Source: Flavobacteriales bacterium (lineage in GTDB: Bacteria > Bacteroidota > Bacteroidia > UBA4408). Taken from it: 64,000 nt of DNA. Location of the stretch: assembly GCA_040374085.1 (NCBI GenBank), contig JBEIVB010000004.1, positions 79 through 64,078 of the forward strand, read 5' to 3'. Shown here piece after piece: positions 38,791-50,682 of the stretch. A model generated the notes under the pieces. That model searched no databases. It was not told where the DNA came from and saw nothing but the letters and a program-made list of their open reading frames with translations. The position numbers and the translations under genes are program-made. Position 1 is the stretch's first letter, and each line of letters opens with the position of its first letter.

Positions 38791-40520
38791 TTTACCAAGA
38801 GGACCCTTCCGGAAAGGTTAATGGGTTTATTATCGACATATTCACCGGTCAGGGAATAGATGTAAACACCGGGTGCACAAGGCTCATCACGGAAAGTTCC
38901 ATCCCAGCCATAGTTCTGATAGAACGATTCAAATACCTTCTCCCCAAATTGGTCAAACACCCTAAATATGAACGATTCTTTATTTACTTGCCCACTGGGA
39001 TTGCGAACGTAAAGAACGTCGTTCTTATCGTCACCATTTGGAGAAAATGCGGATGGTATGAAAATGTCGTAATTGGGTCGTACCGTAACTTTTATGCTGT
39101 CTATTGCCTTGCACCCATTCTGATCAACAACCGTAAGCCTATAAATTTGAATGCTGTCTAAGGCATTGTTGACGTTTATTTTTGGACGCGCGCAGGTATT
39201 GCAACTGAGGTAATTTGGGTTGCCCCAGTTGTAACTGTAACTCCCTCCGGGTGGATTGAGGGTAGGGGTAATTTCGGCAGATGTTCCAAAAATCATCAGA
39301 ATATCGCTACCAAGATCCACGGTTAGTTTTGGGAAAACGGTAACTGTTAAAACGGAGGAAAGAGCAGAATCTCCCGTAACGCAACCAGTGGGATTGGTGA
39401 TGCGCACAGAAACTTGATCTCCGGTGACAAGTGTTGCAGAGCTAAAGTCCGTTCCGGTGGTTCCAGTGAATGTACCGTTTAAATACCACCGAATTAAACC
39501 GGGGGAATTGGCATCTGCACTCAGTGTTCCCGCAGAACCCGTGCAAAATGCATCCACCTCGTCTATGTTGATGTTTAGCGGAACCTTGGGTGTTACAATT
39601 AGGCCAACATTCACGGTATCGGGGTTATTGGTTGCACAGGCAATACTGCTTGTATACACCAACTTTACGACAGCGTTTCCGGGCAGGGCACTGGTTGTAA
39701 ATGAACTCGTGGTTGTGCCGGAGGGAATCCCATTCACCAGCCATTGAAAGGTAGGAGAGGTTCCGCCATTGGTTCCGCTTCCTGTTATGGTTACGCTGGA
39801 TCCTTGGCAGATAATGGTGGGCACGGCAGTCGCGCTCGCCGATACTACAGGATTATTGGTTATGCGTATCGTGATTCCGGGTGTGGTAAAAGGCGATCCC
39901 GTTACACACGCACTCGTGTTGGCCAAGGTTACGGTTACCACATCTGCATTAGATAAGGAGGATGTGCCATATACATTGGAAGTTTGGTTGGGTACCGGAA
40001 CCCCGTTTATTCTCCATTGGAATGTGGTGCCCGGTATGGGCAATATGTTGGCTGTGAAGGTTACGCTATCACCGGCACAAATGGTATCGTTAGGAGATAC
40101 GCTTATGCTTCCACTTAACGCAACTGGGGCCGCCACCGTTAAGGCCATCAGCGAGCTGTCGCCCGGCAAAAGAGGATTGCTGCTGCCCACCCTAACGTGG
40201 TAGTTGGTTCCCGGGATGGTGCCAAGCGGAATGGTAACCACTATTGGACTTGTGCTGCTGGTTTGGGGGAGAAGAGTGCCAGGCTGAAATGCCCCGCTTT
40301 GGTTCGAAAGCAAAACAGCAAACAGATTCCCTGGGTTGAATGTCCCTTGAGGCGTGAAGTAAACCGAGACCTGAGATCCGGGACAAGCCACAGCCGGCAC
40401 CAAACTGTCTACCACCGTAGTTTGTGCCATCGTTCGAAACGATATCATCAAAAGAGAAAAGATGCAAAACGCGCGAACCATTTTAGAAAAAACAATGCGT
40501 GGATTATGAGCCATGATCAA
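38787..40520 (-). CDS. Cell-surface adhesin-like protein with Ig-like repeats and a type-B T9SS (gliding-motility-associated) C-terminal domain
   Basis: Thr/Ser/Gly-rich Ig-like repeats with conserved Cys pairs. The C-terminus reads YDIFIPSAFSPNGDDKNDVLYVRN...YGWDGTF...LLVK, typical of the type-B CTD. Its stop overlaps the PorP/SprF start by 4 nt. Confidence 0.8.
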   Translation of the reverse strand: MIMAHNPRIVFSKMVRAFCIFSLLMISFRTMAQTTVVDSLVPAVACPGSQVSVYFTPQGTFNPGNLFAVLLSNQSGAFQPGTLLPQTSSTSPIVVTIPLGTIPGTNYHVRVGSSNPLLPGDSSLMALTVAAPVALSGSISVSPNDTICAGDSVTFTANILPIPGTTFQWRINGVPVPNQTSNVYGTSSLSNADVVTVTLANTSACVTGSPFTTPGITIRITNNPVVSASATAVPTIICQGSSVTITGSGTNGGTSPTFQWLVNGIPSGTTTSSFTTSALPGNAVVKLVYTSSIACATNNPDTVNVGLIVTPKVPLNINIDEVDAFCTGSAGTLSADANSPGLIRWYLNGTFTGTTGTDFSSATLVTGDQVSVRITNPTGCVTGDSALSSVLTVTVFPKLTVDLGSDILMIFGTSAEITPTLNPPGGSYSYNWGNPNYLSCNTCARPKINVNNALDSIQIYRLTVVDQNGCKAIDSIKVTVRPNYDIFIPSAFSPNGDDKNDVLYVRNPSGQVNKESFIFRVFDQFGEKVFESFYQNYGWDGTFRDEPCAPGVYIYSLTGEYVDNKPINLSGRVLLVK

Positions 40521-40603
40521 TTGTGCAAGTTTAGCAAAAAAAACAGGTTAATTCTAGGCAAATACCGAACTCCTGAAATCTTCCATCGTCGGATTTCCTA
40601 CCT

Positions 40604-42091
40604 TTGCGCACCCATCATCCGCCTATGTTTTCAGACCTAAATAAATTTGCCGGTGAGGGCCTCACCTACGACGATGTGCTGTTGGTGCCTGCTTATTCGG
40701 AGGTGTTGCCACGCGAGGCCGACCTTACTTCCTGGTTTTCCTCAGGAATACAATTGAAGTCTCCCATCGTGGCTGCTGCCATGGACACCGTTACTGAGTA
40801 TCAAATGGCCATTGCAATTGCGCAAGAAGGAGGTATTGGGGTATTGCATAAAAATATGGGCATTGTTGCCCAAGCCGATCAGGTGAGAAGGGTGAAACGG
40901 TCGGAGAGTGGGATGATTCAAGACCCCATAACCCTTCACCGCGATGCAACCGTAGCTGAAGCCCTTTTGATGATGAAAGAGCAGAAGATTGGTGGAATAC
41001 CCATTGTGGATCAGAACCGCATGTTGTTGGGCATCCTAACCAACCGCGATTTGCGTTTTGAGAAAAATCTTCACCGCCCGGTTTCCGATATCATGACCCG
41101 CGAGGTGATTACCACCCGAGCGGGAAAAGACTTGGCTCTTGCAGAGTCTATGCTGCAGCAGCACCGAATTGAAAAACTTCCGGTAGTAGATGCCAGCGGA
41201 ATGTTGTTGGGTCTCATCACCTACAAAGACATCATAAAGGCTCGCATACGCCCCAATGCGTGCAAAGACGAGTTGGGCCGCCTTCGAGTGGCTGCTGCTG
41301 TGGGCATCACAGCAGATACAGATGAACGTGTTGCGGCTCTGGTTGCTGCAGGGGTGGATGCGGTGGTGGTAGATACCGCCCACGGTCATTCAAAAGGAGT
41401 TATTGAAACCTTACGTCGCATCAAACAGACGTATACCCAGCTGCAGGTGGTTTGTGGAAACATTGCCACTGCCGAGGCGGCTTTGGCTCTTGCAGATGCC
41501 GGAGCCGATGCCGTAAAGGTGGGCATTGGTCCGGGCTCCATCTGCACCACTCGGGTCATTGCCGGGGTAGGCGTTCCCCAATTATCGGCTGTTTACGAGG
41601 TTGCTCTGGCATTGAAAGGCCGACGCGTACCGGTTATTGCCGATGGGGGCATTCGTTTTTCAGGAGATATTGTAAAAGCCTTGGCTGCCGGAGCGGGGAG
41701 TGTAATGGTGGGCTCTCTTTTTGCGGGAGTAGAGGAGTCGCCCGGCGAGACCATCATTTATGAAGGCAGAAAATTCAAAGCCTATCGAGGCATGGGTTCA
41801 ATAGAAGCCATGCAACAAGGTTCTAAAGACCGCTATTTTCAGGATGCGGAAGATGACATCAAAAAGTTGGTGCCGGAAGGCATCTCGGGAAGAGTTCCTT
41901 ACAAGGGTCTTTTGGGAGAGGTGATGTACCAACTTATAGGAGGATTGCGGGCTGGAATGGGCTATTGCGGCGCGTTCAACATGGACGCACTGCAGAAGGC
42001 TCGGTTCATTCGCATAACCTCTGCCGGTGTTCGGGAGAGTCATCCTCACGACGTCATCATTACCCGAGAAGCCCCAAACTACAGCCGATGA
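40604..42091 (+). CDS. guaB: IMP dehydrogenase
   Basis: [23 protein letters not shown], tandem CBS domains and the catalytic [11 protein letters not shown]. The probable start is MFSDLNKF at about 40625. Confidence 0.9.
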   Translation: MRTHHPPMFSDLNKFAGEGLTYDDVLLVPAYSEVLPREADLTSWFSSGIQLKSPIVAAAMDTVTEYQMAIAIAQEGGIGVLHKNMGIVAQADQVRRVKRSESGMIQDPITLHRDATVAEALLMMKEQKIGGIPIVDQNRMLLGILTNRDLRFEKNLHRPVSDIMTREVITTRAGKDLALAESMLQQHRIEKLPVVDASGMLLGLITYKDIIKARIRPNACKDELGRLRVAAAVGITADTDERVAALVAAGVDAVVVDTAHGHSKGVIETLRRIKQTYTQLQVVCGNIATAEAALALADAGADAVKVGIGPGSICTTRVIAGVGVPQLSAVYEVALALKGRRVPVIADGGIRFSGDIVKALAAGAGSVMVGSLFAGVEESPGETIIYEGRKFKAYRGMGSIEAMQQGSKDRYFQDAEDDIKKLVPEGISGRVPYKGLLGEVMYQLIGGLRAGMGYCGAFNMDALQKARFIRITSAGVRESHPHDVIITREAPNYSR

Positions 42092-43035
42092 AAGCCAACC
42101 GTGTTTCCGAGCTTTTTGGAATACGATACCCGGTTATCCAGGCCGGAATGATCTGGTGCAGCGGTTGGGAACTGGCTGCAGCCGTGAGCAGTGCCGGTGG
42201 TTTGGGGGTTGTGGGTGCAGGCAGTATGTACCCCGACGTGCTCGATCATCACCTTTCTCGCCTGAAAGACGCCACGGATAAGCCTTTCGCGGTCAATCTC
42301 CCGTTGCTCTATCCCAATATTTCTGAACACATCGAGACCATTCTCCGTCATAGGGTACCCATTGTCATTACCTCGGCCGGGAACCCTGCCACCCATACCC
42401 AGCATTTGAAACAAGCTGGCATTAAAGTGGTACACGTGGTTTCCAATGTTAAGTTTGCCCAAAAGGCAGAAGCTGCAGGCGTAGATGCTGTGGTGGCAGA
42501 AGGATTCGAGGCCGGTGGGCACAACGGGCGAGAGGAAACCACAACCTTGTGCCTGATTCCCTTGGTCCGCCAGGCAGTTGGGCTACCCCTTATCGCTGCG
42601 GGTGGCATCGCCAGCGGAGCAGCCATAGCCGCAGTATTTGCTTTGGGTGCAGAAGGAGCTCAAGTAGGAACACGCTTTGTGGCTTCAGCCGAATCCAGCG
42701 CCCACCAAGCGTTTAAGCAAGCCGTGTTGGAAGCACAAGATGGTTCAACTCAGCTCACCCTCAAGGAGTTGACCCCGGTTCGGTTGCTCAAAAACCCTTT
42801 CTTTGAAGAAGTGCAAGCTGCCTATCTACGCGGGGCTTCTGCACAAGACTTGCAGGCTTTGCTCGGCAGGGGAAGGGCGAAAAAAGGCATGTTCGAAGGG
42901 AATCTCGTGGAAGGTGAACTCGAGATTGGACAGGTTGCAGCAACGGTAAAAACAATTGAACCCGCTGCCGATATCCTTCGTGGTTTGATATCAGAGTTTG
43001 ATGCGGCAGTTAAGGTGTTGAACGGTTTGGTATAG
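42088..43035 (+). CDS. Nitronate monooxygenase / FabK-like FMN-dependent oxidoreductase (NMO family)
   Basis: [41 protein letters not shown]. It overlaps the guaB stop by 4 nt. Confidence 0.8.
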   Translation: MKANRVSELFGIRYPVIQAGMIWCSGWELAAAVSSAGGLGVVGAGSMYPDVLDHHLSRLKDATDKPFAVNLPLLYPNISEHIETILRHRVPIVITSAGNPATHTQHLKQAGIKVVHVVSNVKFAQKAEAAGVDAVVAEGFEAGGHNGREETTTLCLIPLVRQAVGLPLIAAGGIASGAAIAAVFALGAEGAQVGTRFVASAESSAHQAFKQAVLEAQDGSTQLTLKELTPVRLLKNPFFEEVQAAYLRGASAQDLQALLGRGRAKKGMFEGNLVEGELEIGQVAATVKTIEPAADILRGLISEFDAAVKVLNGLV

Positions 43036-43047
43036 TACTTTCGGCGC

Positions 43048-44469
43048 ATGGTAAATCGTCTACTCCATGCAACCACCCCAATTCAGCGTTGGGCATTTTT
43101 GGGATTGGTTTTTCGAGTAGTTTATTTCCTTTTTCTGGCAAAGCCTTTTCAAGGCCATGAAATGCATTTTCTTGACCGGAACGCTTGGTCGTTTGCAGCA
43201 GGTTTTCAGCATTTATGGGAAACCGGATCGTTATACTTGGAATCGAACAATGGGGATGAGCTTTTTGGTCAAATGCCAGGCTACTCATTTTTCCTTGGGT
43301 TCTTCTATTTATTGAGCGGTGAGAATTGGGACGTGGCCTACCAGCTGGCGGTTTGGGCACAGGTGTTAATCGACAGTGCCAGCGTGCTCGCATTCGGTGC
43401 TCTGGCCAAACGTTTGTTTCCCATGCACTCCTCCTCCGGCACTTGGGCTGCTGCTTTCTATGCCTGCTATCCTTTTGTTATAGTTTGGAGCGCCACGGCC
43501 TGCCCAGAAGTGCTCGCTATAGGTTTAGTATTATGGGGAAGTTTGCTCTTTCTCAATCACCGCCCTTTTTATGGAGGCATACTACTGGGCTTAGCCATTC
43601 TTACCCGGCCTCAAGCCGCATTGGTTTTACCGGCTCTCGGCATCGCCTTCGCCTGGCATTACCGCAAGCAATGGAGGGCCATTTTTGACCAAGCTGCGTG
43701 GTGCCTTTTGGGTCTAACCATTGCGTATGGAGCCTGGCCAATTCGAAATAAGGTGTTGCACGGCAAATGGGTGTTCCGTCAAGAACTCAGGAGCTTTACC
43801 AATGGGGACCATGATGTTTACTCTTTTCATCGGTTTATGACAACGGTGCAGGCCGGTTGGGAGCCACAAATGAGCCAAATCCTTTCCAACAAGCCGGTGC
43901 AATGGCCTAAAGGGTTGGTATTACCCAAAGCGGATTCTTTGCTGCTGTGCAAGACATTTCATCGGGCTCAAACGTGTTCTAGAGGATTCAGCCATTGGCA
44001 AGGATATTGGCGTGGCCATCCTCTGGAAAGCCTCGGCTGCACCGATTCGGTAGGAATAGCCTTCCTTCATTTGCGCAAGGTGAGCATACGCCTTCATCCT
44101 TGGCGCTTTTGGGTGGAATTGCCTCTGCAAAATCTCAAGAAAGCCCTATTTAAGCGCGACCCAACCAGTCAAAACACCTGGTTTAGGCGTATGGCAAGCA
44201 ACCTGTTCTTGTTGCGCACCGCGCTTATTTTGGCCGGTTTTTTTGCTCTCATTTGGCTTTTTTGGCGCTATCCTGCGGCCCGCATGGGCGTTGGTCTGGT
44301 GGGTTTGTTCTTTGCGCTGAACTATGTGGTTTTGTGTGCCGGCGCCGCTCCACAGCATCGAAACATCGAAATGCGCTATTTTCTACTTGCCGACGTCTTG
44401 TTGATGCTTCCCTTGGCATCAGCCCTGGGGCTATGGATGCAGGCCAGGCGCTCCCGAAGCGGTTCCTGA
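43048..44469 (+). CDS. Polytopic membrane protein, possibly a GT-C-type (ArnT/PMT-like) glycosyltransferase
   Basis: 473 aa with about 10 predicted TM segments; an assignment by composition only. Confidence 0.5.
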   Translation: MVNRLLHATTPIQRWAFLGLVFRVVYFLFLAKPFQGHEMHFLDRNAWSFAAGFQHLWETGSLYLESNNGDELFGQMPGYSFFLGFFYLLSGENWDVAYQLAVWAQVLIDSASVLAFGALAKRLFPMHSSSGTWAAAFYACYPFVIVWSATACPEVLAIGLVLWGSLLFLNHRPFYGGILLGLAILTRPQAALVLPALGIAFAWHYRKQWRAIFDQAAWCLLGLTIAYGAWPIRNKVLHGKWVFRQELRSFTNGDHDVYSFHRFMTTVQAGWEPQMSQILSNKPVQWPKGLVLPKADSLLLCKTFHRAQTCSRGFSHWQGYWRGHPLESLGCTDSVGIAFLHLRKVSIRLHPWRFWVELPLQNLKKALFKRDPTSQNTWFRRMASNLFLLRTALILAGFFALIWLFWRYPAARMGVGLVGLFFALNYVVLCAGAAPQHRNIEMRYFLLADVLLMLPLASALGLWMQARRSRSGS

Positions 44470-44512
44470 AAAACCCTATCTTTGGGCTCCTGAAAAAAAG
44501 CAGACTCCATCT

Positions 44513-45571
44513 ATGGCTTCTCACAACCTCTCGGCCCTCTTAGGCAATCAGGCCGATTACCTGCTCAACCACACCTGCACCACCGTTCCGGCTCAATCCC
44601 TTCACCTACCGGGTGCCGACTTCGTTGACCGTGCGTTCTCCGGCAGCAATCGTAACCCTCAAACCCTGCGCAGCCTGCAGGCCCTTTATGGCCATGGCCG
44701 CTTGGGGAACACCGGTTACCTTTCCATTTTGCCCGTTGACCAGGGCATAGAACACAGTGCAGGCGCTTCTTTCTCTCCCAATCCCATTTATTTTGATGGA
44801 GAGAACATCGTGAAGCTCGCCATCGCCTCCGGCTGCAACGCGGTGGCCTCTACCTTCGGGGTGTTGGCTTCCGTATCGCGCAAGTACGCCCACAAGATTC
44901 CGTTTGTGGTAAAAATCAACCACAACGAGTTCCTTTCTTACCCCAACAAATACGATCAGGTACTGTTTGGCTCTGTACAAGAGGCTTGGAACATGGGTGC
45001 TGTTGCTGTTGGAGCCACCATCTACTTCGGATCCGATGAGTCGGCTCGCCAGTTGGTGGAAATTGCAGAGGCCTTTGAACATGCCCACGAGCTGGGAATG
45101 GCCACCATATTGTGGTGCTATTTGCGCAACCCCGGATTTAAAAAAGACGGAGTGGACTACCATACCGCAGCCGACCTCACCGCGCAGGCCAATCATTTGG
45201 GCGTAACCATCCAGGCAGACATCATCAAACAAAAGTTGCCCACCAACAACGGAGGCTACACCGCAGTACAATTCGGGAAATCGCATCCGAACATGTACAG
45301 CAAACTCAGCAGCGATCATCCCATTGACCTCTGTCGCTACCAGGTTTTGAATTGCTATGCGGGTCGCATTGGCCTGATTAACTCCGGAGGCGAATCTAAG
45401 GGAGCAGCAGATCTATCCGAGGCTGTAGCTACTGCAATAATCAACAAGCGAGCCGGAGGGCAGGGCCTTATCTTGGGGCGCAAAGCGTTTCAAAAGCCGT
45501 TCGAAGAGGGCGTTTCTTTGCTCAACGCCGTTCAGGACGTCTACCTCGATTCTTCCATTACCATTGCTTAA
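44513..45571 (+). CDS. fbaB: Class I fructose-bisphosphate aldolase (FbaB/DhnA type)
   Basis: [73 protein letters not shown] is nearly collinear with E. coli FbaB. Confidence 0.9.
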   Translation: MASHNLSALLGNQADYLLNHTCTTVPAQSLHLPGADFVDRAFSGSNRNPQTLRSLQALYGHGRLGNTGYLSILPVDQGIEHSAGASFSPNPIYFDGENIVKLAIASGCNAVASTFGVLASVSRKYAHKIPFVVKINHNEFLSYPNKYDQVLFGSVQEAWNMGAVAVGATIYFGSDESARQLVEIAEAFEHAHELGMATILWCYLRNPGFKKDGVDYHTAADLTAQANHLGVTIQADIIKQKLPTNNGGYTAVQFGKSHPNMYSKLSSDHPIDLCRYQVLNCYAGRIGLINSGGESKGAADLSEAVATAIINKRAGGQGLILGRKAFQKPFEEGVSLLNAVQDVYLDSSITIA

Positions 45572-45601
45572 CCTGGGCCTAACGCCCTCAGCAAAACACG
45601 C

Positions 45602-46447
45602 ATGAGCTGGTTCAAACGGATAAAAGAAGGGATTACCACCTCTACTAAAGACAAAAAAGAGACCCCGGAGGGGCTCTGGTATAAATGTTCCGGTTGTAAG
45701 CACATCATGACCTCAGATGATCATGCTCTAAACTATTGGGTGTGCACCAACTGTGGCAACCATCATCGCATCAACTCCGAGGAATATTTTCAGATCCTGT
45801 TCGACGATGGGAACTATACCGAAATCAACGCCAACCTGCACTCGGCAGATCCATTGCATTTTGTGGATACTAAGCCCTATGCAGATCGTTTGGTAGAAAC
45901 CCGCAAGAAGACCAAACTCAACGATGCCATACGCACCGCCCACGGCCAGGTTGAGGGGCTCCCGCTGATGGTGGCGTGCATGGATTTCACCTTTGTAGGA
46001 GGCTCTATGGGTTCTGTGGTAGGGGAGAAAATAGCTCGTGCCATTGACGCAGCCATAGCCTTAAAAATGCCCGTGCTCGTGATATCCAAATCTGGAGGTG
46101 CGCGCATGATGGAGGCTGCATTCTCTTTGATGCAGATGGCCAAAACCTCAGCTAAGCTTACCCAACTCTCCAAGGCAGGCCTTCCCTACATCAGCCTCAT
46201 GACCGACCCCACCACCGGAGGGGTTACCGCTTCTTATGCCATGCTCGGAGACCTAAACGTTGCCGAGCCCGGTGCCCTCATTGGTTTTGCAGGCCCTAGG
46301 GTTGTAAAAGAGACCATTGGCAAAGACCTTCCTAAAGGCTTTCAAACCGCGGAGTTTGTCCTCGAAAAGGGTTTCCTCGACCTCATCATTGCCCGCACCG
46401 AACTAAGGGCGCGCATGGCAGAGATTCTGCGCATGTTTGCTCAATAA
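45602..46447 (+). CDS. accD: Acetyl-CoA carboxylase carboxyltransferase beta subunit
   Basis: MSWFKRIK...[10 protein letters not shown]...[10 protein letters not shown] (Zn-ribbon) plus the carboxyltransferase domain. Confidence 0.9.
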   Translation: MSWFKRIKEGITTSTKDKKETPEGLWYKCSGCKHIMTSDDHALNYWVCTNCGNHHRINSEEYFQILFDDGNYTEINANLHSADPLHFVDTKPYADRLVETRKKTKLNDAIRTAHGQVEGLPLMVACMDFTFVGGSMGSVVGEKIARAIDAAIALKMPVLVISKSGGARMMEAAFSLMQMAKTSAKLTQLSKAGLPYISLMTDPTTGGVTASYAMLGDLNVAEPGALIGFAGPRVVKETIGKDLPKGFQTAEFVLEKGFLDLIIARTELRARMAEILRMFAQ

Positions 46448-46456
46448 ACGTCTACC

Positions 46457-47845
46457 ATGCTGCAGGGAATTGGAGAGACCATCAATAAAAAGCTGTCTTC
46501 CATTGGCCCTGTTTGGCTGGGTGCTCTTTTTATTTCATCGTGGGTATTTTACAACAATTATCCATTGATGTACCCGGACACCGGAACCTATTTGCGCTCT
46601 GGGTTCGAAGGATACTATCCCCTCGATCGTCCTGTGTTTTATGGATGGTTTGTGCGGCATGTTAGTCTAAAAGCGTCCCTATACCTGCCGGTTGTTGTAC
46701 AGGCCCTGCTTTGTTCGTGGTTGATTTTTCTATCCTTTAAAGCCTGGGTGGGAGGACCGGCATACAAGGGATGGGCCTTAGTATCAACCCTTATTTTGGG
46801 CGTTTTTTCTTCTCTTGGATTCCATGCAGGCATGATTATGCCCGATATTTTTACTGCTTTTGTTTTATGGGTTCCAATTTTGTTGATGTGGCCGGGTGCG
46901 CTCAACAAGCAAACATGGTGGTGGCTGTCTGTACTTTGGGTTTTTGCTTTGCTGGTTCATACCAGTCACCTTATGGTAGCATTGGCGTTGATGGGTTGGG
47001 TGGGCCTTTTTTTGAGGAATGTTCTTGCCCCCCCGATTTCTCGATTGCGTGCACAGGTACAAACGTCTTTGCTTGGGCTTGCTTTTGTGTTGGTGCCTTC
47101 TGTTCATTGGGCCTACACCAAGACGTTTCGCCTTACCGACAGCGCCTATCTATTCCGAATGAATCGTTTGTTTGAGTGGGGCATTGCCCAAGATTACCTA
47201 AAGCATTGCAGCCCCAAGCAAAACAGCCTGGCGAAAATTTATCATGAAAACCCCGGATACCTCAACGATTTCTTGTGGGGAGCCCAAAGTCCACTGGCAG
47301 AGCCTTACGGATGGGTAAAGCATGAGGCTGAATATGAAGCCATTCTAGATGATGTTATGAGTCAAAGCAAATACCGACTTTGGTTCACACGAAAAACACT
47401 GGAATGCGGTGTAACTCAGCTTTTTCAGTTCGAGAGCCAAGAAGCCCCATTGATGGATTCAGATGCACCACCATCATACATGATGCGCTTGCATTTTCCA
47501 CACGAACTTGGTCATTATTACAACAGTATGCAAAACAAGGGCTTGCTTGATTTTTCTTTGCGCTTGTTGTTGTTTCGCCTATTGGTCTTTTCGAGCATAG
47601 CCCTCTTGATTTGGGCTCGTTATAATGATTGGGTTTCCTGGAAGTTTTTTTCTGCAAAGGCCACGCTGCTTGTGGGAGGCTTAGTTGCGAATGCTTTCGT
47701 TTGTGCCGCATTTTCTACGGTTACCCCACGCTACCAAAGTCGGGTGATGTGGTTGCTGCCTCTTCTGGCGCTATTGGTTCTGGCTTTCCGGCATAGGCAA
47801 CAGTTGGCAATGGAATCAGAGGCTACTCCTTCCGAATCCCGTTGA
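46457..47845 (+). CDS. Hypothetical polytopic membrane protein
   Basis: 462 aa with multiple TM segments; convergent with a GT2 gene, overlapping it by 23 nt. Confidence 0.55.
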   Translation: MLQGIGETINKKLSSIGPVWLGALFISSWVFYNNYPLMYPDTGTYLRSGFEGYYPLDRPVFYGWFVRHVSLKASLYLPVVVQALLCSWLIFLSFKAWVGGPAYKGWALVSTLILGVFSSLGFHAGMIMPDIFTAFVLWVPILLMWPGALNKQTWWWLSVLWVFALLVHTSHLMVALALMGWVGLFLRNVLAPPISRLRAQVQTSLLGLAFVLVPSVHWAYTKTFRLTDSAYLFRMNRLFEWGIAQDYLKHCSPKQNSLAKIYHENPGYLNDFLWGAQSPLAEPYGWVKHEAEYEAILDDVMSQSKYRLWFTRKTLECGVTQLFQFESQEAPLMDSDAPPSYMMRLHFPHELGHYYNSMQNKGLLDFSLRLLLFRLLVFSSIALLIWARYNDWVSWKFFSAKATLLVGGLVANAFVCAAFSTVTPRYQSRVMWLLPLLALLVLAFRHRQQLAMESEATPSESR

Positions 47846-48620
47846 GGCAATACACCCTACCCGCCTCTTGCTTCTGACGCATCATTCGGTAGTTGCGTTG
47901 CACATCGTCCTCAGCATAGGTCCGCGGATGGTAAAGGTGAAACACCAAAGCCTTTTGTTTCATGCTTACTCTGGAAAAGCCGTTGGCTAACAGTCTCCAT
48001 TCTACATCCACATCTTCTCCCACGCCGGCATGCTGGTAGTCTTCATCGAAGCCATTGATGGCAATTAGATCGTTTCGCCATGCACCCCAATTCCGTCCCA
48101 CCAGCCCGCGGTTTTTAGGGCCAAGAGCCATGCTCGGCAAATACACACCCTCTTTTATATGGGTACTGCCCGATGCCAATAGATGCCACCAGCGGAGGTT
48201 GTGGGCTTCTGCTGGGCGCTGGCGTAACCGGTTGCTTACGGTTGGACCTAACATTACGCTTCGGCCGGCACCAAAAATACCGGGTCGCAAAGTTTTCATG
48301 TAAGACCTTACCCAATGTCGGTGGGGAACGCAGTCGCCATCAAGAAAGGCCATGCGAGGAGCTTCAGTGGCCAAGATGCACCGGTTCAGCATCTCGTTTT
48401 TACGGAAACCCAAGTCGGCTTTTTGGTTCAGGTGGTGCAGCTGCATTGGCAACCGCTTCTTCCACTCATCAATCAAAGCTGGAGTATCCGGATGGGCATC
48501 GTCTTCCGACAACCAAACATCGAAGTTGGCTTCGCTCTGGCACCGCAATGCCTCCAATATAACACGTAGGTTTTCGGGCGAACGATAATACGAAACCACC
48601 ACACTCAGCGAGACCGACAT
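47823..48620 (-). CDS. Family 2 glycosyltransferase
   Basis: LSVVVSYYRSPENL...DVWLSEDDA...FLDGD (the DxD region of a GT-A fold). Confidence 0.8.
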   Translation of the reverse strand: MSVSLSVVVSYYRSPENLRVILEALRCQSEANFDVWLSEDDAHPDTPALIDEWKKRLPMQLHHLNQKADLGFRKNEMLNRCILATEAPRMAFLDGDCVPHRHWVRSYMKTLRPGIFGAGRSVMLGPTVSNRLRQRPAEAHNLRWWHLLASGSTHIKEGVYLPSMALGPKNRGLVGRNWGAWRNDLIAINGFDEDYQHAGVGEDVDVEWRLLANGFSRVSMKQKALVFHLYHPRTYAEDDVQRNYRMMRQKQEAGRVYCLNGIRKE

Positions 48621-48655
48621 AATTCAACGTTGCGCGTCAGCGTTCTTTCGGTCGA

Positions 48656-49618
48656 TCATTTACCATATTGATTCCTCAAATGGCTCATCATGTCTTGGGT
48701 CATGGCCTTGAGGTCGAAATCGGGTTTCCAGTTCCAGTGGTGCCGGGCTTCGGCATCGTTTATGCTGCGTGGCCAACTGTCTGCAATGGCCTGACGGTAA
48801 TCAGGTTTGCAGGTGAGCGTAAAACCGGGAATGTGCTCGCGTATGCTTGCGGAAATTTCAAGTGGAGAAAAGCTCATGGCAGCCAGATTGTAGCTGCTGC
48901 GAATGCGGATAAGGTCAGCCGGTGCCTCCATAAGGTCTACGGTAGCTTTTATTGCGTCCGGCATATACATCATGGGCAGCACGGTGTCTTCCCGTAGAAA
49001 GCTTTCATACGCTCCATGTTGTATGGCTGCGTGGTAAATGTGCACCGCATAATCGGTGGTTCCACCGCCCGGTGCGGTCTTCCAGCCGATGAGGCCGGGG
49101 TAGCGGAGGCTTCTTACGTCAACTCCATATTTGGCATGGTAATATTCACACCAACGCTCGCCCGCTTGCTTGCTGATGCCGTATACGGTGTTGGGCTCCA
49201 TCACCGTGTATTGAGGGGTTTGATCGGGCGGGGTAGTTGGGCCAAATACGGCAATGGAGCTCGGCCAATATACCTTATCGAGGTGTCCCTCTTTAGCCAA
49301 ATCCAGTACATTAAACAACCCATTCATATTTAAATCCCAAGCAAATGCAGGGTTGCGTTCGGCTGTTGCTGAGAGCAAAGCAGCCAACAGATACACCTGG
49401 CGTACATCGTATTTGCGAACAACCTCAAACAGGCGTTTGGCATTGAGCACGTTTAGGACTTCATATGGAGCGGACTCCTTGAGTTGATCCTTATCCAGAT
49501 CTTTTATGTCGGATGCAATCACCTGCTCCCGTCCATACAGGGTTCGAAGACGTTCTACCAGTTCAGCTCCAATCTGGCCCGATGAACCAATCACCAAAAT
49601 GCTGCCTTGCGATGCCAT
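48656..49618 (-). CDS. NAD-dependent epimerase/dehydratase family protein (L-threonine 3-dehydrogenase-like extended SDR)
   Basis: ILVIGSSGQIGAELVERL Rossmann motif and the YxxxK segment YGISKQAGE. Confidence 0.8.
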   Translation of the reverse strand: MASQGSILVIGSSGQIGAELVERLRTLYGREQVIASDIKDLDKDQLKESAPYEVLNVLNAKRLFEVVRKYDVRQVYLLAALLSATAERNPAFAWDLNMNGLFNVLDLAKEGHLDKVYWPSSIAVFGPTTPPDQTPQYTVMEPNTVYGISKQAGERWCEYYHAKYGVDVRSLRYPGLIGWKTAPGGGTTDYAVHIYHAAIQHGAYESFLREDTVLPMMYMPDAIKATVDLMEAPADLIRIRSSYNLAAMSFSPLEISASIREHIPGFTLTCKPDYRQAIADSWPRSINDAEARHHWNWKPDFDLKAMTQDMMSHLRNQYGK

Positions 49619-49713
49619 TTACGTGTGTTTTAGAGCGTCAAACTTAGGGCTTTCTACTCAACTGATGGGTAATATTATGCCTACTTTCGCAACAAGCCAA
49701 CCCTCTCCTTGTT

Positions 49714-50673
49714 ATGGTGCGTATGATGCGATGTTTCCCCGTGCTGGCAGCACTCTTATTTCTTGGCGCATGCAGTTCGGGTGGAGGAGACTCCAACGTT
49801 CCGCTGGTGGCCTTTGTAGATGCGTTTGAAGACCCAACCCTTGCATCTGCTCGCGAAGGTTTTTTGGCGGCTCTTTCAGACAGCGGTTTTTCTGAAAAAG
49901 AGGGCACCTTGCGTTGGTTATACCGCAACGCCCAAGGCGATCAGCCCACGCTCTTACAGGCAATAGATTATGTTCTTTCTCAAGAACCCACCCTTGTAGC
50001 CACATGTCCTACCCTCAGCACCATTGCCGCGGTACAGAGAAGCCGGGGTGTTCCGGTGTGCATGATGGTATCGCCCCACCCCGTTGCTGCAGGGCTTGCA
50101 AAAGATGGGCAACCTTGGCCGGCTACTTTATTTGGGGTTTATGAAACCACGCATTACCTCGACACCTCTTTGGCTTTGATTCGGGAGCTTTTACCCGCCG
50201 CACACAAAGTGGGGTTGGTGTACAATCCAAGCGAGCCACAAAGTGTTTTGGCCCGAAGCCGGTTGGAAGCCATTGCTGTTAAACTGGGGCTGGAGCTGGA
50301 GTTTCAGCCGCTATCATCCTCTTCGGAGGCCGTTCAGGTGGTGGAGATGCTGTTGAGTCACCATCCCGACGCTTTCTTTGCCCTGCCCGACAACACGGTT
50401 TTTGCAGCTTTTGAGACCATTTCTTCCCGTTGCCAAACGGCTAAGATCCCGGTATTTACCAGCGAGGCGGGCTTGGTCCAAAGGGGAGCCCTCTGCGCGT
50501 TTGGTGCCGACATGAGGGCCTGGGGCTACCAGTCAGGGCAGCAGGCCGTAGCCGTGCTTCGTCACAAGCCTCAACCCAAACCTGAGGAAGTGAAGCTTAG
50601 GGTACGCATGTTCAACCCCAACCGCGCCAAAGAGTTAGGGCTTACTTTTTCTAATGCCTTTCAACCCCTTTAA
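49714..50673 (+). CDS. ABC transporter substrate-binding lipoprotein (COG2984-type uncharacterised transport system)
   Basis: Lipoprotein signal MMRCFPVLAALLFLGAC. It is followed in an operon by the matching permease and ATPase. Confidence 0.7.
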   Translation: MVRMMRCFPVLAALLFLGACSSGGGDSNVPLVAFVDAFEDPTLASAREGFLAALSDSGFSEKEGTLRWLYRNAQGDQPTLLQAIDYVLSQEPTLVATCPTLSTIAAVQRSRGVPVCMMVSPHPVAAGLAKDGQPWPATLFGVYETTHYLDTSLALIRELLPAAHKVGLVYNPSEPQSVLARSRLEAIAVKLGLELEFQPLSSSSEAVQVVEMLLSHHPDAFFALPDNTVFAAFETISSRCQTAKIPVFTSEAGLVQRGALCAFGADMRAWGYQSGQQAVAVLRHKPQPKPEEVKLRVRMFNPNRAKELGLTFSNAFQPL

Positions 50674-50682
50674 CTCGGAATC

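Noticed and set aside
41965-42087. N-terminal 41-aa extension of the tracked ORF 41965..43035
   Set aside because: It overlaps the guaB 3' end. The NMO-family protein plausibly starts at MKANRV (42088), giving the common 4-nt ATGA overlap.
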